NCBI GenBank assembly: GCA_963675525.2
Contig: CAXXSL010000013.1
Location: 512,001 to 576,000 of the forward strand
Direction: 5' to 3'
Origin: Anaerohalosphaeraceae bacterium
Lineage (GTDB): Bacteria; Planctomycetota; Phycisphaerae; Sedimentisphaerales; Anaerohalosphaeraceae
DNA length: 64,000 bases
Position 1 is the first letter of the stretch. Each line of letters opens with the position of its first letter. Below, in pieces: positions 10,726 to 20,734 of this stretch. The notes under the pieces were generated by a model, which was given only the letters and a program-made list of their open reading frames with translations, did not search any database and had not been told where the DNA came from. The position numbers and the translations under genes are program-made.

Positions 10726-11124
10726 TTACTTCCAGTCGCCATTCGCCTGAAGTGTCATGCTGCCGGCGGGCGCATTCGGCAGGCTTCCCGTTACGGTGAT
10801 CGTGGCAATCCCATCGGCATTAACGCTGTCGATAGTGTAATCAGAAGCGACAAAGCAGGTGCCTGTCAGACCCCCGGGATTGATGCCTAACGTATCCAGG
10901 ATGGGAAAATTGGCCAGACTGCCTGTAAGCACAACCCCTGATTCCGCATAGTACATCTTGACGGCACTTCGGATCATTCCGGCCGCTGCATTGGCTTCGG
11001 TCCATTTAGCCCTCTCAACCTTTCCCCGTATAATGGGCATTATCGCCGCAGCAAGGACGCTGATAATCAAAATAACAATCAGCAATTCCATTAAAGAAAA
11101 AGCTTTTTGCTGTGCCGGCTTCAT
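10726..11124 (-). CDS. Prepilin-type N-terminal cleavage/methylation protein (type IV pilin/pseudopilin-like)
   Basis: QKAFSLMELLIVILIISVLAAAIMP; AGGAG SD upstream of ATG 11124. Confidence 0.85.
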   Translation of the reverse strand: MKPAQQKAFSLMELLIVILIISVLAAAIMPIIRGKVERAKWTEANAAAGMIRSAVKMYYAESGVVLTGSLANFPILDTLGINPGGLTGTCFVASDYTIDSVNADGIATITVTGSLPNAPAGSMTLQANGDWK

Positions 11125-11304
11125 CCGTAGCTCCTGAAACATCACTTTTTAATAAAAACACACCTGATCAATATATCGGGGGGAAAAAACTCACACTTAA
11201 CGGAAATGAAGCATTTCTTGATTTTCGCAGAATGATCTTGCTTGCTGACACTTAAAAATTGACTCTTTTATCGGACACTGCATAAGGTCGATGTAATTTC
11301 TGCT

Positions 11305-12195
11305 TTAAGAAGGCATCAAAAACGTCATCCCAACACTCAGTCCGTTAAAGAGAATATGCATCAGTATGGGACGAAACAGCGATCCGCTCCGTTCGTAGGC
11401 ATACCCCAGTCCACAGGACAAAATGAAAAGCGACGGCATATGGGTCCAGTTTGGATAGTGGATGACCGCAAATAATGCAGAATTGATCACAATCGACAAC
11501 CAGGCATTTCCAGTCAGTGAGCGAAGAATGGTCTGAAAAAAACCGCGAAACAGCATCTCTTCAAAGATCGGTACCAGGAACACGGCAAAAAACACAATAA
11601 GCAGTTTTAAATAAGAGTCATCTGTCTCCGATAGAAAGGTCAGGCTTTCGTGAGTTTGAAGATTAAACCCTTCCCCCGAAAAAATTCGGCCAAGTAACAT
11701 CACGCCCCACAAGGCCAGCAGGATCAGTGGGTAAACCGCCGTTAAATAAATGACCGCAAATCCGGCATCTTTTCCGATCGTTTGGACATTCAACCCAAAC
11801 CCTTTCAGCCGGCGGGCAAATGTACGATGGGCAACCACCAACATCACAATGATCAGCCAGATTCTCAAGATCGTCATGCCCACATATGTCGCGGTATCCA
11901 AAGAAGTGATCCAAAAACCATAAAATACAACCCTGATCCACTCAACAACAACATATTCCAGCGTCAGCCAGAGACTGAATATCAGCATCGGCAGAAACAC
12001 AAACATCCGGTTGCGCCGGACAGGGGCATGGCGTAATGAGCTGAATCCGCCGTACCAGAATAGCCAGATGGTCAGAACCGACAGCCCGATGGTCGAAACC
12101 AAAACAGCAGAAGTATCCCAGAACGGCACCGGGGACGAGGAAACGGCCGCTTCGGCCCCAACAGTCTCGGTTTGAGCAATCAGTGTCAATAACAT
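11305..12195 (-). CDS. CPBP (CAAX/Abi) family intramembrane glutamic protease
   Basis: PIFEEMLFRG, LFAVIH, ILMHILFN motifs; multiple TM helices. Confidence 0.9.
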   Translation of the reverse strand: MLLTLIAQTETVGAEAAVSSSPVPFWDTSAVLVSTIGLSVLTIWLFWYGGFSSLRHAPVRRNRMFVFLPMLIFSLWLTLEYVVVEWIRVVFYGFWITSLDTATYVGMTILRIWLIIVMLVVAHRTFARRLKGFGLNVQTIGKDAGFAVIYLTAVYPLILLALWGVMLLGRIFSGEGFNLQTHESLTFLSETDDSYLKLLIVFFAVFLVPIFEEMLFRGFFQTILRSLTGNAWLSIVINSALFAVIHYPNWTHMPSLFILSCGLGYAYERSGSLFRPILMHILFNGLSVGMTFLMPS

Positions 12196-12278
12196 CCATA
12201 TGCTTTCGGAAACGTACCTTGCCTTTTCAATTTAACCATGTTATAGTACATCGGTCATTTTTTTGCAAGGAATCGCTC

Positions 12279-13549
12279 ATGGACATTTTTGAAATTGACG
12301 GACCTGTTCGGCTTTCCGGCCGGATCGATGTGGCCGGCTCAAAAACGCCGCCCTGCCGATCCTGGCGGCCACCCTGCTGGCTCCCGGCACCTCAGTCATT
12401 CCCAACGCTCCGGACCTGGCGGATATTCGCTCGATGGAAACGCTGATCGAAAGCCTCGGGGCCAAAGTATGGCGCCATGACAACGACGCTCTTCATATCG
12501 ACGCAACGGTGATTGACAACCCGGTCGGCGACTACGAGATCGTACGTAAAATGCGTGCCGGCATCTGCATTCTGGGTCCCCTGCTGGCCCGCTGCGGCAA
12601 GGTCAAAATCTCCATGCCGGGCGGCTGCGCGATCGGCGACCGACCGATTGATATTCATCTTCGCGGCATCAAGGCGCTTGGCGCCAAAATCCATCTGGAA
12701 AGCGGCTATATCGTCGCCGAAGCGCCCGCGGGCGGACTGGTTGCCACACAAATCTTTCTCGGCGGGCCGTTCGGTTCAACCGTTCTCGGTACGGACAATG
12801 TCATGATGGCCGCAGCGCTGGCCAAAGGCACAACCATCATCGAATCGGCCGCCTGTGAGCCGGAAGTCGCGGATTTGGCCAACTGCCTCAACGCCATGGG
12901 GGCCAAAATCAGCGGCATCGGCTCGCCCCGGCTGACCATCGAAGGCGTCAAAGAGTTGAAACCGATTACCTACCCGGTCATCGGCGACCGCATCGAAGCG
13001 GGAACCTTTATGGTCGCCGCCGCGATCACGAAAGGACATCTGACCATCAACAACTGTAATCTCGACCACATGCTCGCCGTCACCGACCGGTTTCGGCAGA
13101 TCGGCGTACAGGTGGAAAAAACCGAAAACGGCTGCGAAGTCGCATTGGACGGGCCCATTCACCCCGCCGATATTACGACCCAGCCGTATCCCGGATTCCC
13201 AACCGACCTGCAAGCGCAATTTATGGCGCTTTTGGCATTGGGAGAAGGCAACAGCGTGATCACCGAAAAAATTTACCCCGACCGGTTCATGCATGTCGCG
13301 GAGATGAATCGTATGGCCGCCAATTTGCGGAAGGAAGGCCCCAGTGTCATCGTCGCCGGTGTGGATAAACTCATCGCCGCTCCCGTGATGGCATCGGATT
13401 TGAGGGCGTCAGCCGCTTTAGTTCTGGCGGGTATGGCCGCAGAAGGAAAAACCGTCGTACAGCGCGTCTATCACATCGACCGAGGCTACCACCGCATCGA
13501 AGAACGCCTCAACGCCGTCGGCGCAAAAATCCAACGCAAGAATATTTGA
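12279..13549 (+). CDS. murA: UDP-N-acetylglucosamine 1-carboxyvinyltransferase, with a one-base deletion at A5 12341-12345
   Basis: MDIFEIDG...AGSK rejoins NAALPILAA if one A is added; MPGGCAIGDRPID, PYPGFPTDLQ, ASDLRASAAL, HIDRGY. Confidence 0.95.
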
Positions 13550-13563
13550 AGCGCTCTGAAAAT

Positions 13564-13621
13564 TGTCATTCCGAACAAACGTGAGGAATCTATTTAAATA
13601 GCTATCGCCGAAGGTGATTCC
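13564..13621. repeat. Half copy of a GTCATxCC-type palindromic intergenic repeat
   Basis: TGTCATTCCGAAC..GAGGAATCTATT...CGCCGAAGGTGATTCC resembles 19940-19993; lies between convergent murA and the HD gene. Confidence 0.6.
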
Positions 13622-13632
13622 GCAACTAAGAA

Positions 13633-14607
13633 CTAATCATTATCCAATACACGATTACGATACAGCCGTGTTTCGAGCGAGCGCTGGTAGCTGGTCCAGT
13701 TGCCGCCGTCACCAAGGTCATTTTCGATCAGCGTTTCGGTTTGGTTCATTTTCGCATCGAGGTTGTCAATATAATTAACCATAAACGCTTCCGGGGTAGC
13801 AGGCAGTTTCGGTGAACCGTAATCATACTGGCCGTGATGGCTGACGATAATATGCAGCAGGCTGTCGAGAATCTCCGGGTTCACCGGCTCCCCGTCGGCT
13901 TTCAGATCATCGGCCTTCTGGGTGATCATCTGCGTACCCTGAATGATATGCCCCAGCAACTGGCCGCGGTCGGTATAGCCAAATCCGATCTTGTACGACA
14001 ACTCCTGCGTCTTGGCAATGTCATGCAGGAAGATCGCCGCCAGCACCAAATCCTTCTGTATCTTCGGGTATAACGGAAACAATACTTGCGCCACCGTCGC
14101 CATACTCAGGGTATGCTCCAGCAGACCGCCCAGATAATTATGGTGCATCTGCATCGCCGCCGGGGCAATGCAGAATTGTTTCATCAGCTCGGTGTCATTG
14201 AAAAATGACTGTGTCAGGTTTTTCAGATCACTGTTGCTGATCGTTCCGATGATGGCTTTGAACTGCTCGAACATCTCGCTGATATTCTTATCCGTTCGCG
14301 GCATATAATCCATCAGGCTGACTTGGTCCGGCGGTACAACCTGCACATCATTGACAACGATCTGCATACTGCCCTGGTACAGTTCGCTCTTGCCGCGGAT
14401 CGCCACAAACCCCTCGCTCGGAATCGACTGGTAGAGCTGCTCCGTCGCCTGCCAGATGCGGCTGTTGACCTTGCCGGTCTTGTCCGACAAAAACATCGCG
14501 ATATACAGATCGCCCCGGGTTGTGTTCCGCAGCACCGGCTGGGTGACCATGTAGGTATCCTGAATCTGCTGGCCGGGCTGAATTTCTTTCACATATAAAT
14601 GCGCCAT
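13633..14607 (-). CDS. yhaM: OB-fold + HD domain 3'-5' exoribonuclease (YhaM/Cbf1 family)
   Basis: LSDKTG OB fold, APAA..MHHNYLGGLLEHT, LHDIAK, LLGHI, SHHGQYDYGSP, DNLDAK. Confidence 0.85.
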   Translation of the reverse strand: MAHLYVKEIQPGQQIQDTYMVTQPVLRNTTRGDLYIAMFLSDKTGKVNSRIWQATEQLYQSIPSEGFVAIRGKSELYQGSMQIVVNDVQVVPPDQVSLMDYMPRTDKNISEMFEQFKAIIGTISNSDLKNLTQSFFNDTELMKQFCIAPAAMQMHHNYLGGLLEHTLSMATVAQVLFPLYPKIQKDLVLAAIFLHDIAKTQELSYKIGFGYTDRGQLLGHIIQGTQMITQKADDLKADGEPVNPEILDSLLHIIVSHHGQYDYGSPKLPATPEAFMVNYIDNLDAKMNQTETLIENDLGDGGNWTSYQRSLETRLYRNRVLDND

Positions 14608-14645
14608 AATTATCCTTTTTTGAAATCATATTACCATTCTTGACA

Positions 14646-14693
14646 GGGTGGCAGCCTTTTGGCCGAAGGACCAAAGGGATGGGCTGTTACCCC
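14646..14693. repeat. Compound hairpin / REP-like element
   Basis: GGGTGGCAGCC...GGCTGTTACCC arms (with G-U pairs) enclose CCTTTTGG-CCGAAGGA-CCAAAGG. Confidence 0.45.
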
Positions 14694-14705
14694 TAATCAT
14701 CCTGT

Positions 14706-15852
14706 TTACAAGCAAAGTTTCAGAATTTCGCCCACCTGCTCGGCCCGAATATTCTGATGTTCGCCTACACAGGTTTTTCGTTCGGCGAATCGGTTGACGA
14801 CCTTTTGAATATCCTGCTCGGAAATACCATAATCACTCAGTTTTGTCGGCATGTCCACCGAATGGAAAAACGCCACGGTCTTTTCAATCGCCGCCTTGGC
14901 CTGACTGTCTTCGTCACCGTCCGTCACATGCCACACGCGCCGGGCCAGTTGGGCCAGTTTGCCCTTTTTGTTTTCATACTGGTGCTGCCACATCCCCGGC
15001 AATACGATCGCCACGTTTCGGCATGGGCCGGCCCGAAAAAGGCGGTGATTTCATGCCCAATCATATGGGTCGCCCAATCCTGGATCACGCCGCAGTTAAT
15101 CAGCCCGTTCAGTGCGTTTGTGGCCGCCCACATAAAGTCGGCTCGGCTGTCATAGTCTTTTTTGCCCAGCACATCCGGCGCGATTTCGATAAGTGTCCGG
15201 ATGACCGCTTCGGCTTGCCGGTCCTGCAGGCGACTGCCGACATCATACGTGGCATACTGCTCCATCACATGCACAAACGCATCGACTAGTCCATTGCGAA
15301 GCTGCTTTTTCGGCAGTGAGTACGTTGTCTCCGGGTCGAGGATGGAAAAACCCGGGAAGACACGCGGGTCGCCAAACGCCAGCTTCTCCTGCGTGCTTTT
15401 TTGCGAAATCACCGAAAAGCAGTTCATCTCCGATCCCGTAGCCGGCAAAGTCAGCACATCGCCCAACGGAATCGCATCCGTTACCGGCGCGGATTTGGAC
15501 AGAACATCCCACGGATCGCCGTTGAATTTGGCCGCCGCGGCGATAAACTTCGTCCCGTCCAGTACCGAGCCGCCACCGACACTAAGCAGAAAGTCCACCT
15601 TTTCAGCTTCGCCAACGCGACCGCCTGCATACAGGTTTCATAGGTCGGATTCGGCTCAATACCACCAAATTCAACCACTGTATGTTTTTTCAGGGCCGCG
15701 GTCACCTGCTCATAGACCCCGTTTTTCTTGATGGAACCCCCGCCATATGTAATGAGGACTTTTTTATCCGATTCGATCAGCTCACCCAGTTTGGCAATTG
15801 TCCCCTTGCCAAAAACAACCCGCACCGGATTTTGATAGTCAAAATTATTCAT
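14706..15852 (-). CDS. Iron-containing (YqhD/butanol-type) alcohol dehydrogenase, with two one-base deletions (~15608, ~15013)
   Basis: NFDYQNP, YGGGSIK, GIEPNP | VGGGSVLDGTK, TLPATGSE, DWATHMIGHE | AIVLP. The three ORF pieces join with +1 base at each break. Confidence 0.85.
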
Positions 15853-15954
15853 TTTTTACACTCCCGATAACCGATTTTTAAGGAAATTGTAACATTTCCT
15901 GTCTTAGGGCGTTATTATAGTAGAAGTCCCGAAAAAGTGAAAGGAAAACCCCAA

Positions 15955-16461
15955 ATGCTGCCAAAATATGAACATACACAAAAAGGAAGCCGGCTTATCC
16001 GTTACATCGCAATTTTCACGATTCTCGAATTACTCGCAATAGAGGTACTCATATTTATTCTCTTCGGGACTGGCGGTCAGAACCCTCTCCCCCAAAATCA
16101 ACTCATCCTTATCATGCTGCTGATACCGCTTGTCCACGGTATCACTTTGGGATGGGCCGGTTTAATGATGTCATCGCTGACCGTATCCATCAATGATGAA
16201 CTGATTCGTCTAAAATTCGGCCCGGGAATGTGGAAGAAGACAATTTCGCTGGATGGCATTGTCGAATGCAAGCCCGTCAAAAATACCTGGTTCAACGGCT
16301 GGGGAATCCGTTACCTCGAAAAAGGCTGCCGGTTGTACAACATCGCCGGTCTTGATGCGGTTGAAATCACTCTCGAAAACGGCAAACGGGTACGCATCGG
16401 CACCGACGAACCGGAAAAACTCGCTGAAGCCATCCGGCAGGTGATAGGCGAAGCCGCCTAA
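15955..16461 (+). CDS. Hypothetical membrane protein (two TM + PH-like domain with GWGIR motif)
   Basis: Two TM helices, GWGIRY, C-terminal RIGTDEPEKL; AAGGA SD. Confidence 0.7.
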   Translation: MLPKYEHTQKGSRLIRYIAIFTILELLAIEVLIFILFGTGGQNPLPQNQLILIMLLIPLVHGITLGWAGLMMSSLTVSINDELIRLKFGPGMWKKTISLDGIVECKPVKNTWFNGWGIRYLEKGCRLYNIAGLDAVEITLENGKRVRIGTDEPEKLAEAIRQVIGEAA

Positions 16462-16691
16462 AACAGCAGTTTGATCGCCGCCCCGGTTGCCAGCAGCAGT
16501 ACAATATTAAATATTCACCGGGGCAAAACAAGAAAGTCTGTCTGAATTCTTGAATTTCAAAACATACCTGATATCCTGTTTAGAAAAGGAACTCAGTGGC
16601 CTCGCGAAGCAAGGATATACCGTGTTGTTAGGAAAATTTCTGATATCATAATAGCGACCCAAATATAGAATTAATTTTCGAGCGGGATAAA

Positions 16692-18602
16692 ATGAATCGT
16701 TGCCATATTACCTATCAATATGCAGGTCTTTTAGCCGTTTTTTTGTCGTTTTCAGCGAATCTGAGCATCGCTTCGCAGCGGCAGCTTGTCTATGAACATA
16801 TTGATGTAAAGATGACCCTTAACAAAGATACGTCTCTCGATGTGGTGGAGACGCAACGGGTGCGGTTAAGCGGTGACTGGAACGGTCTTTATCGTGATTA
16901 CGCGCTGTATGGATGTGACGGGATTGAAATTATAGATGTGAGTGAGAACAATACCGTTTACACGAAAGGCAGTGTCGGCCGTAAGGGCGGCTACATCGTC
17001 GAACAGGAAAAAAACAATATTAATGTGAAATGGCGCAGTCGTAATGCAGCGGATCCACCCTATCGTAACACAACAACCACGTTTAAAATCCACTATCGAA
17101 TCACGGGAGCAATTGGTCAGTATCGTCGGCGTGATGTACTGTATTGGAAGCCGCTGATTCGGGATTGCCAGTACCCCATTAACGAAGCCGCCGTCACATT
17201 GACCCTTCCGGAAACAATCGACCCGGATCGAACCGAGGTCATCTTCTTTACCGAGTCCCCTTATGCAAAATGGCAAATTGACCAGCAAGACAAACGGTTG
17301 ATCCGTTTCAGCGACATGAGAATCGACCCCAAAGACAAATTTGAGATCAAAGTATCGCTGCCCAAAGATATGCTGGAAACATACAGCAGTGCAACGAATA
17401 CCTATACCTTTCATATCAAGCCCTGGCTTTTTCCGGTTGGTGCCGCCGCGGCAGTGCTTATCTTATTCATCATATGGTCCAGGATCGGCAGGGATCCGAC
17501 ACCTGAATCACAACAAGTTTACAATGTTGACGTTTTAAATATCAAACCCGGACTGGCCGGGTTGCTGATCGATGAAAGCTTTGATGTTCAGGATATAACA
17601 GCAACGATCATGGATCTGGCTCGACGGGGTTACATCCACATTCATGAAATCGAACCAAAACAATTGCTCAAGTCCGGTTGCTATGAATTTGAGCTGGTTA
17701 AAGTACCTGAAAAAGGCGAACTGGCCGACTACGAAAAACTGCTGATTGAAAAATTGTTCAAGGATCATTTGGTTGAAGGGAAAACAATAAACACCGACCA
17801 GCAGAAGAATCACTTTTATCGACACATTCCCAAGATCAAGGAAAAAGCGTGGCAAGAGGTTCAAACACTGGGCTGGTTTGTGACGCTGCCGAAAAAAGCA
17901 AAATTGCTGTTTCTTATGATAGGCCTCATTGTGATCGTGCCTTCGTTGGCATTGGCGGCTATTGAAAATGTGGAAATTCTCTTTTTTGCTCTGTGGGGTT
18001 CACTGTTTGCCGGGATTCCCGGCATGATGCTTATCTCCAGTATAAAGCATAACGGTTTTAAAGGATTGCTGAAATGCTTTTTCTTTATTCCTTTTGTTGT
18101 GATTGGTTTGGGGGTATTGTTTACGGTGTCACTTAAGAACTACCAGGCTGGCGGCTGGATGTTTGATGCAGGAATTACCGGTGTTTTCATCGGCTCATTG
18201 ATCTGCATGTCCGGCGGGGCCATGGCCCGAAAAAGCAAGCAGGGCGCAGCGATTATGCAGCGCCTGCATGAAATGCGCAAGTCACTCAAACACAATGAGA
18301 GCATGGGGCTGAATTATGAGCATTTGCTGCCCTGGGCCATTGCTTTGGGTGTCACGACTGATTACATCGACCATATCCAGGATGTATCGAATGACTATAT
18401 TCCCTATTACCGCCCTTACCCTCAACACTCCTTGGAACCGGGAATCACTGAGTCCGTATCATCTGTATTAAGCGGTTTGTCAGCCATGACCTCCGCTATC
18501 GACTCCAGCCTGTCCTCATCACCCAGTGGATCGGGCAGCAGTGGCGGTGGGTCCAGTGGTGGCGGAGGCGGCGGAGGAGGGGGAGGCGGAGGAGGCTGGT
18601 AA
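16692..18602 (+). CDS. DUF2207 family membrane protein
   Basis: Signal peptide, LDVVETQRV, YRITGAI..LYW, ITATIMDLARRG, YEHLLPWAIALGV, Ser/Gly-rich tail ending GGGGW. Confidence 0.85.
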   Translation: MNRCHITYQYAGLLAVFLSFSANLSIASQRQLVYEHIDVKMTLNKDTSLDVVETQRVRLSGDWNGLYRDYALYGCDGIEIIDVSENNTVYTKGSVGRKGGYIVEQEKNNINVKWRSRNAADPPYRNTTTTFKIHYRITGAIGQYRRRDVLYWKPLIRDCQYPINEAAVTLTLPETIDPDRTEVIFFTESPYAKWQIDQQDKRLIRFSDMRIDPKDKFEIKVSLPKDMLETYSSATNTYTFHIKPWLFPVGAAAAVLILFIIWSRIGRDPTPESQQVYNVDVLNIKPGLAGLLIDESFDVQDITATIMDLARRGYIHIHEIEPKQLLKSGCYEFELVKVPEKGELADYEKLLIEKLFKDHLVEGKTINTDQQKNHFYRHIPKIKEKAWQEVQTLGWFVTLPKKAKLLFLMIGLIVIVPSLALAAIENVEILFFALWGSLFAGIPGMMLISSIKHNGFKGLLKCFFFIPFVVIGLGVLFTVSLKNYQAGGWMFDAGITGVFIGSLICMSGGAMARKSKQGAAIMQRLHEMRKSLKHNESMGLNYEHLLPWAIALGVTTDYIDHIQDVSNDYIPYYRPYPQHSLEPGITESVSSVLSGLSAMTSAIDSSLSSSPSGSGSSGGGSSGGGGGGGGGGGGGW

Positions 18603-18614
18603 AGAAAGTGATGT

Positions 18615-18740
18615 TGCCGGCTGTATAACATTGCCGGAATGGAGGCTGTTGAGGTCACATACCAAAACGGCAAAAAGACACGCATCGGCACCGATGAACC
18701 CGAAAAGCTGGCACAGGCCATCGCCGAAGCGGTCGCTTAG
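18615..18740 (+). pseudogene. 3' remnant of a diverged homolog of the 15955-16461 gene
   Basis: Reads CRLYNIAGMEAVEVTYQNGKKTRIGTDEPEKLAQAIAEAVA*; 28/36 aa identical to 16327-16434 by my alignment; the 5' part is absent. Confidence 0.85.
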
Positions 18741-19504
18741 GCCCTCTTTCGGCGTCGAAGCAGCAGTAAGCCGGTTGCCACCAATGCCATCGTCGCGGGC
18801 TCCGGTACCGGCGTTGCCAGATACTCAAACACATTCGCCGCAAACGCTGCATTGTCCGGCGTGCCATAATAATCGTAGATATTTCCACCCGATTCATAAG
18901 AGGCCCACAGAGAGGAATCGCTCAATACGACAACGTGCCCGCTGCCATATACGGCCGAGGCCCCTAATAGAACTTCATCCAAACCATCCGTCACCGAAAT
19001 GATTTCTTCGGCTGAACCGGAAACGCTTAAACCGCCACCCCAATACATATCAATTGAAGTAATCCCATCACAAACAGGATGAGTGGTCACCCCATCGGCA
19101 ATATATTCTTTATAAAAAGGACCGGTAAATGAAATGCCAAAGGCCGACGCAACATCTGCATAATCGGAATAGTTATTCCAATCCGCCAGAATCAGTAAAC
19201 CGCCGCCGCCTGAAACAAATGACTGCAGGGTCGATACATCATACCCCGACCCCGCGGTAGGTGCAGCGATGACAGCAATGTCAGCACCCGCAAGAGAACC
19301 AAAACCCGAAACGGATTGAATGGTATAATCAGGCTCAAGATCGGTCACTAAGTCTTCATAGCGACTGGTTCCTGTACCCGGATCATAAACACTTCCGGCT
19401 CCATTCGTAACATCCCACAAAACACTGTACGAACCAAACGAACTCGGCGCAAGAAATACGACTAACAAGAGAGTATAATAGCAGGTCGATTTTAGATGAG
19501 ACAC
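18737..19504 (-). CDS. PEP-CTERM surface protein (GATase-like/DUF4350-like domain)
   Basis: Signal peptide; FVSGGGGLLILAD, GSGHVVVLSDSS; C-terminal VPEPATMALVATGLLLLRRRKRA. Confidence 0.85.
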   Translation of the reverse strand: MSHLKSTCYYTLLLVVFLAPSSFGSYSVLWDVTNGAGSVYDPGTGTSRYEDLVTDLEPDYTIQSVSGFGSLAGADIAVIAAPTAGSGYDVSTLQSFVSGGGGLLILADWNNYSDYADVASAFGISFTGPFYKEYIADGVTTHPVCDGITSIDMYWGGGLSVSGSAEEIISVTDGLDEVLLGASAVYGSGHVVVLSDSSLWASYESGGNIYDYYGTPDNAAFAANVFEYLATPVPEPATMALVATGLLLLRRRKRA

Positions 19505-19605
19505 GTTAAACCTCTTTTTCCCCGAAGATAGAAATTCCCATTAAAACTTAAAAAACGTTTTATCTGAAACTCTCGCTCTTCCCCCATTTTTTCGATGCTG
19601 AAAGG

Positions 19606-19634
19606 AGTATATCAGAAAACAGGCTAAAAGTCAA
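19606..19634 (-). promoter_or_regulatory. Sigma70-type promoter TTGACT-17-TATACT for the PEP-CTERM gene
   Basis: Reverse complement of AGTCAA (19629-19634) and AGTATA (19606-19611), 17 bp spacer. Confidence 0.6.
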
Positions 19635-19701
19635 GCCAAATTCGCCCTATAAGGCTTTTTTTGCCCTTAAAATGGGTTTTTGAGGCAACTGCCGGCACAT
19701 C

Positions 19702-19893
19702 CTACCACTCATAGCCGCAGTAGTAACAGTAATAGCGCGGGGGATTTTCCGGCGGCGATTCATTGCGGATCAGCACTTTCTTGGCCTGAACCAGCCGCAA
19801 AAGCTGCTCGGTCATCTCGACCGGCTGATATACAATCTCCGCAATATCATCCGACCCGCACTTCGGACACCGTAATTTTTCAGGAATTGTCAT
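19702..19893 (-). CDS. Small zinc-ribbon protein
   Basis: CPKCGS...RYYCYYCGYEW, two CxxC pairs. Confidence 0.65.
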   Translation of the reverse strand: MTIPEKLRCPKCGSDDIAEIVYQPVEMTEQLLRLVQAKKVLIRNESPPENPPRYYCYYCGYEW

Positions 19894-19918
19894 ACTCTGC
19901 TCTTCCAAACAGTTATGT

Positions 19919-20067
19919 TGTCATTCCGACCGCGCATTTTGTCATCCCGAGCGCAGCCGAGGGATCTATTATTCAGCCGCCGAAGGCGATTCCATACTGT
20001 CATCCCGGCCCCCGAGCCGGGATCCAGAACGTAACCCACTGGATGCCGGATCAAGTCCGGCATGACA
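19919..20067. repeat. Cluster of GTCATxCC palindromic (REP/RPE-like) repeats
   Basis: Three TGTCAT(T/C)CCG starts. The complete unit 19998-20067 is TGTCATCCCGG..GGATCCAG-spacer-CTGGATGCCGGATCAAGTCCGGCATGACA, with terminal and internal inverted repeats. Confidence 0.8.
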
Positions 20068-20100
20068 AAACTGCAAAGTCAAACAAACAAGAACTAAAAA

Positions 20101-20634
20101 CTAAGAACCGTATTTGTTAAACGAGGCACGTTCCTTGAACGGCATTTTTTGCGGCGGATTATAGCCATCCGCAGGCACACCGATCGGCAACAGGACCCGA
20201 ATCATTTTTGTGTCCGGCACACCCAGCAATTTACCGATGGTCTCGTTGTGCCCATTCCGCCGCAGCCAGCCATCGACCCAGACGCTCCCATAGCCCAGCG
20301 CCGTGATGCCTAAAAGCATGTTTTCCACCGCCGCGGCGCAGTCCTCAACCTGAAACTCGAATCCCTCATAAACCGCATCGGGGTTCTTGTCAATAATGCA
20401 CGCGATAAACACCTTCGCCTGATTCATCGCCTGATTCGTCGGGTTCATTTGTGCGATTTGCTGAACCAACTCAGGTTCGTCAACAATCACAAACCGCGTC
20501 GTCTGCTTATTACACCCCGACGGCGCATCCAGACCCGCCTGTACGATTTCCAGCAACTCATCCCGACGAACCACCATATCCGTAAACGCCCCGCGATAAC
20601 TGTGCCGCTTTTTCACTGCTTCAAAAAATTCCAC
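20101..20634 (-). CDS. Nitroreductase family protein
   Basis: KRHSYR, APSGCNKQ, DCAAAVENMLL, LGYGSVW. Confidence 0.9.
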   Translation of the reverse strand: MEFFEAVKKRHSYRGAFTDMVVRRDELLEIVQAGLDAPSGCNKQTTRFVIVDEPELVQQIAQMNPTNQAMNQAKVFIACIIDKNPDAVYEGFEFQVEDCAAAVENMLLGITALGYGSVWVDGWLRRNGHNETIGKLLGVPDTKMIRVLLPIGVPADGYNPPQKMPFKERASFNKYGS

Positions 20635-20734
20635 GATAGAATCCTCACTTTAAAATTCAGGGTTTTTATTTATTTCTATATTCCACAGTATAATCGGACG
20701 AAATCACAATTTCCAGAAACAAACTCCGCCAGAT

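Noticed and set aside
12279..15852. Programmed frameshifting or true pseudogenes in murA and Fe-ADH
   Set aside because: Each break is a single-base loss with no other decay and no clear slippery-site structure, and the same error type recurs across the window.
18525..18600. GGN-rich low-complexity tract as a contingency locus or G-quadruplex
   Set aside because: It is explained by the normal Gly-rich C-terminus of DUF2207 proteins.
19919..20067. CRISPR array or structured ncRNA, and the 19680-20120 ORF
   Set aside because: The repeats are palindromic, unequal and lack regular spacers, and no cas genes are present. The ORF is a read-through of the repeat and antisense to the zinc-ribbon gene.
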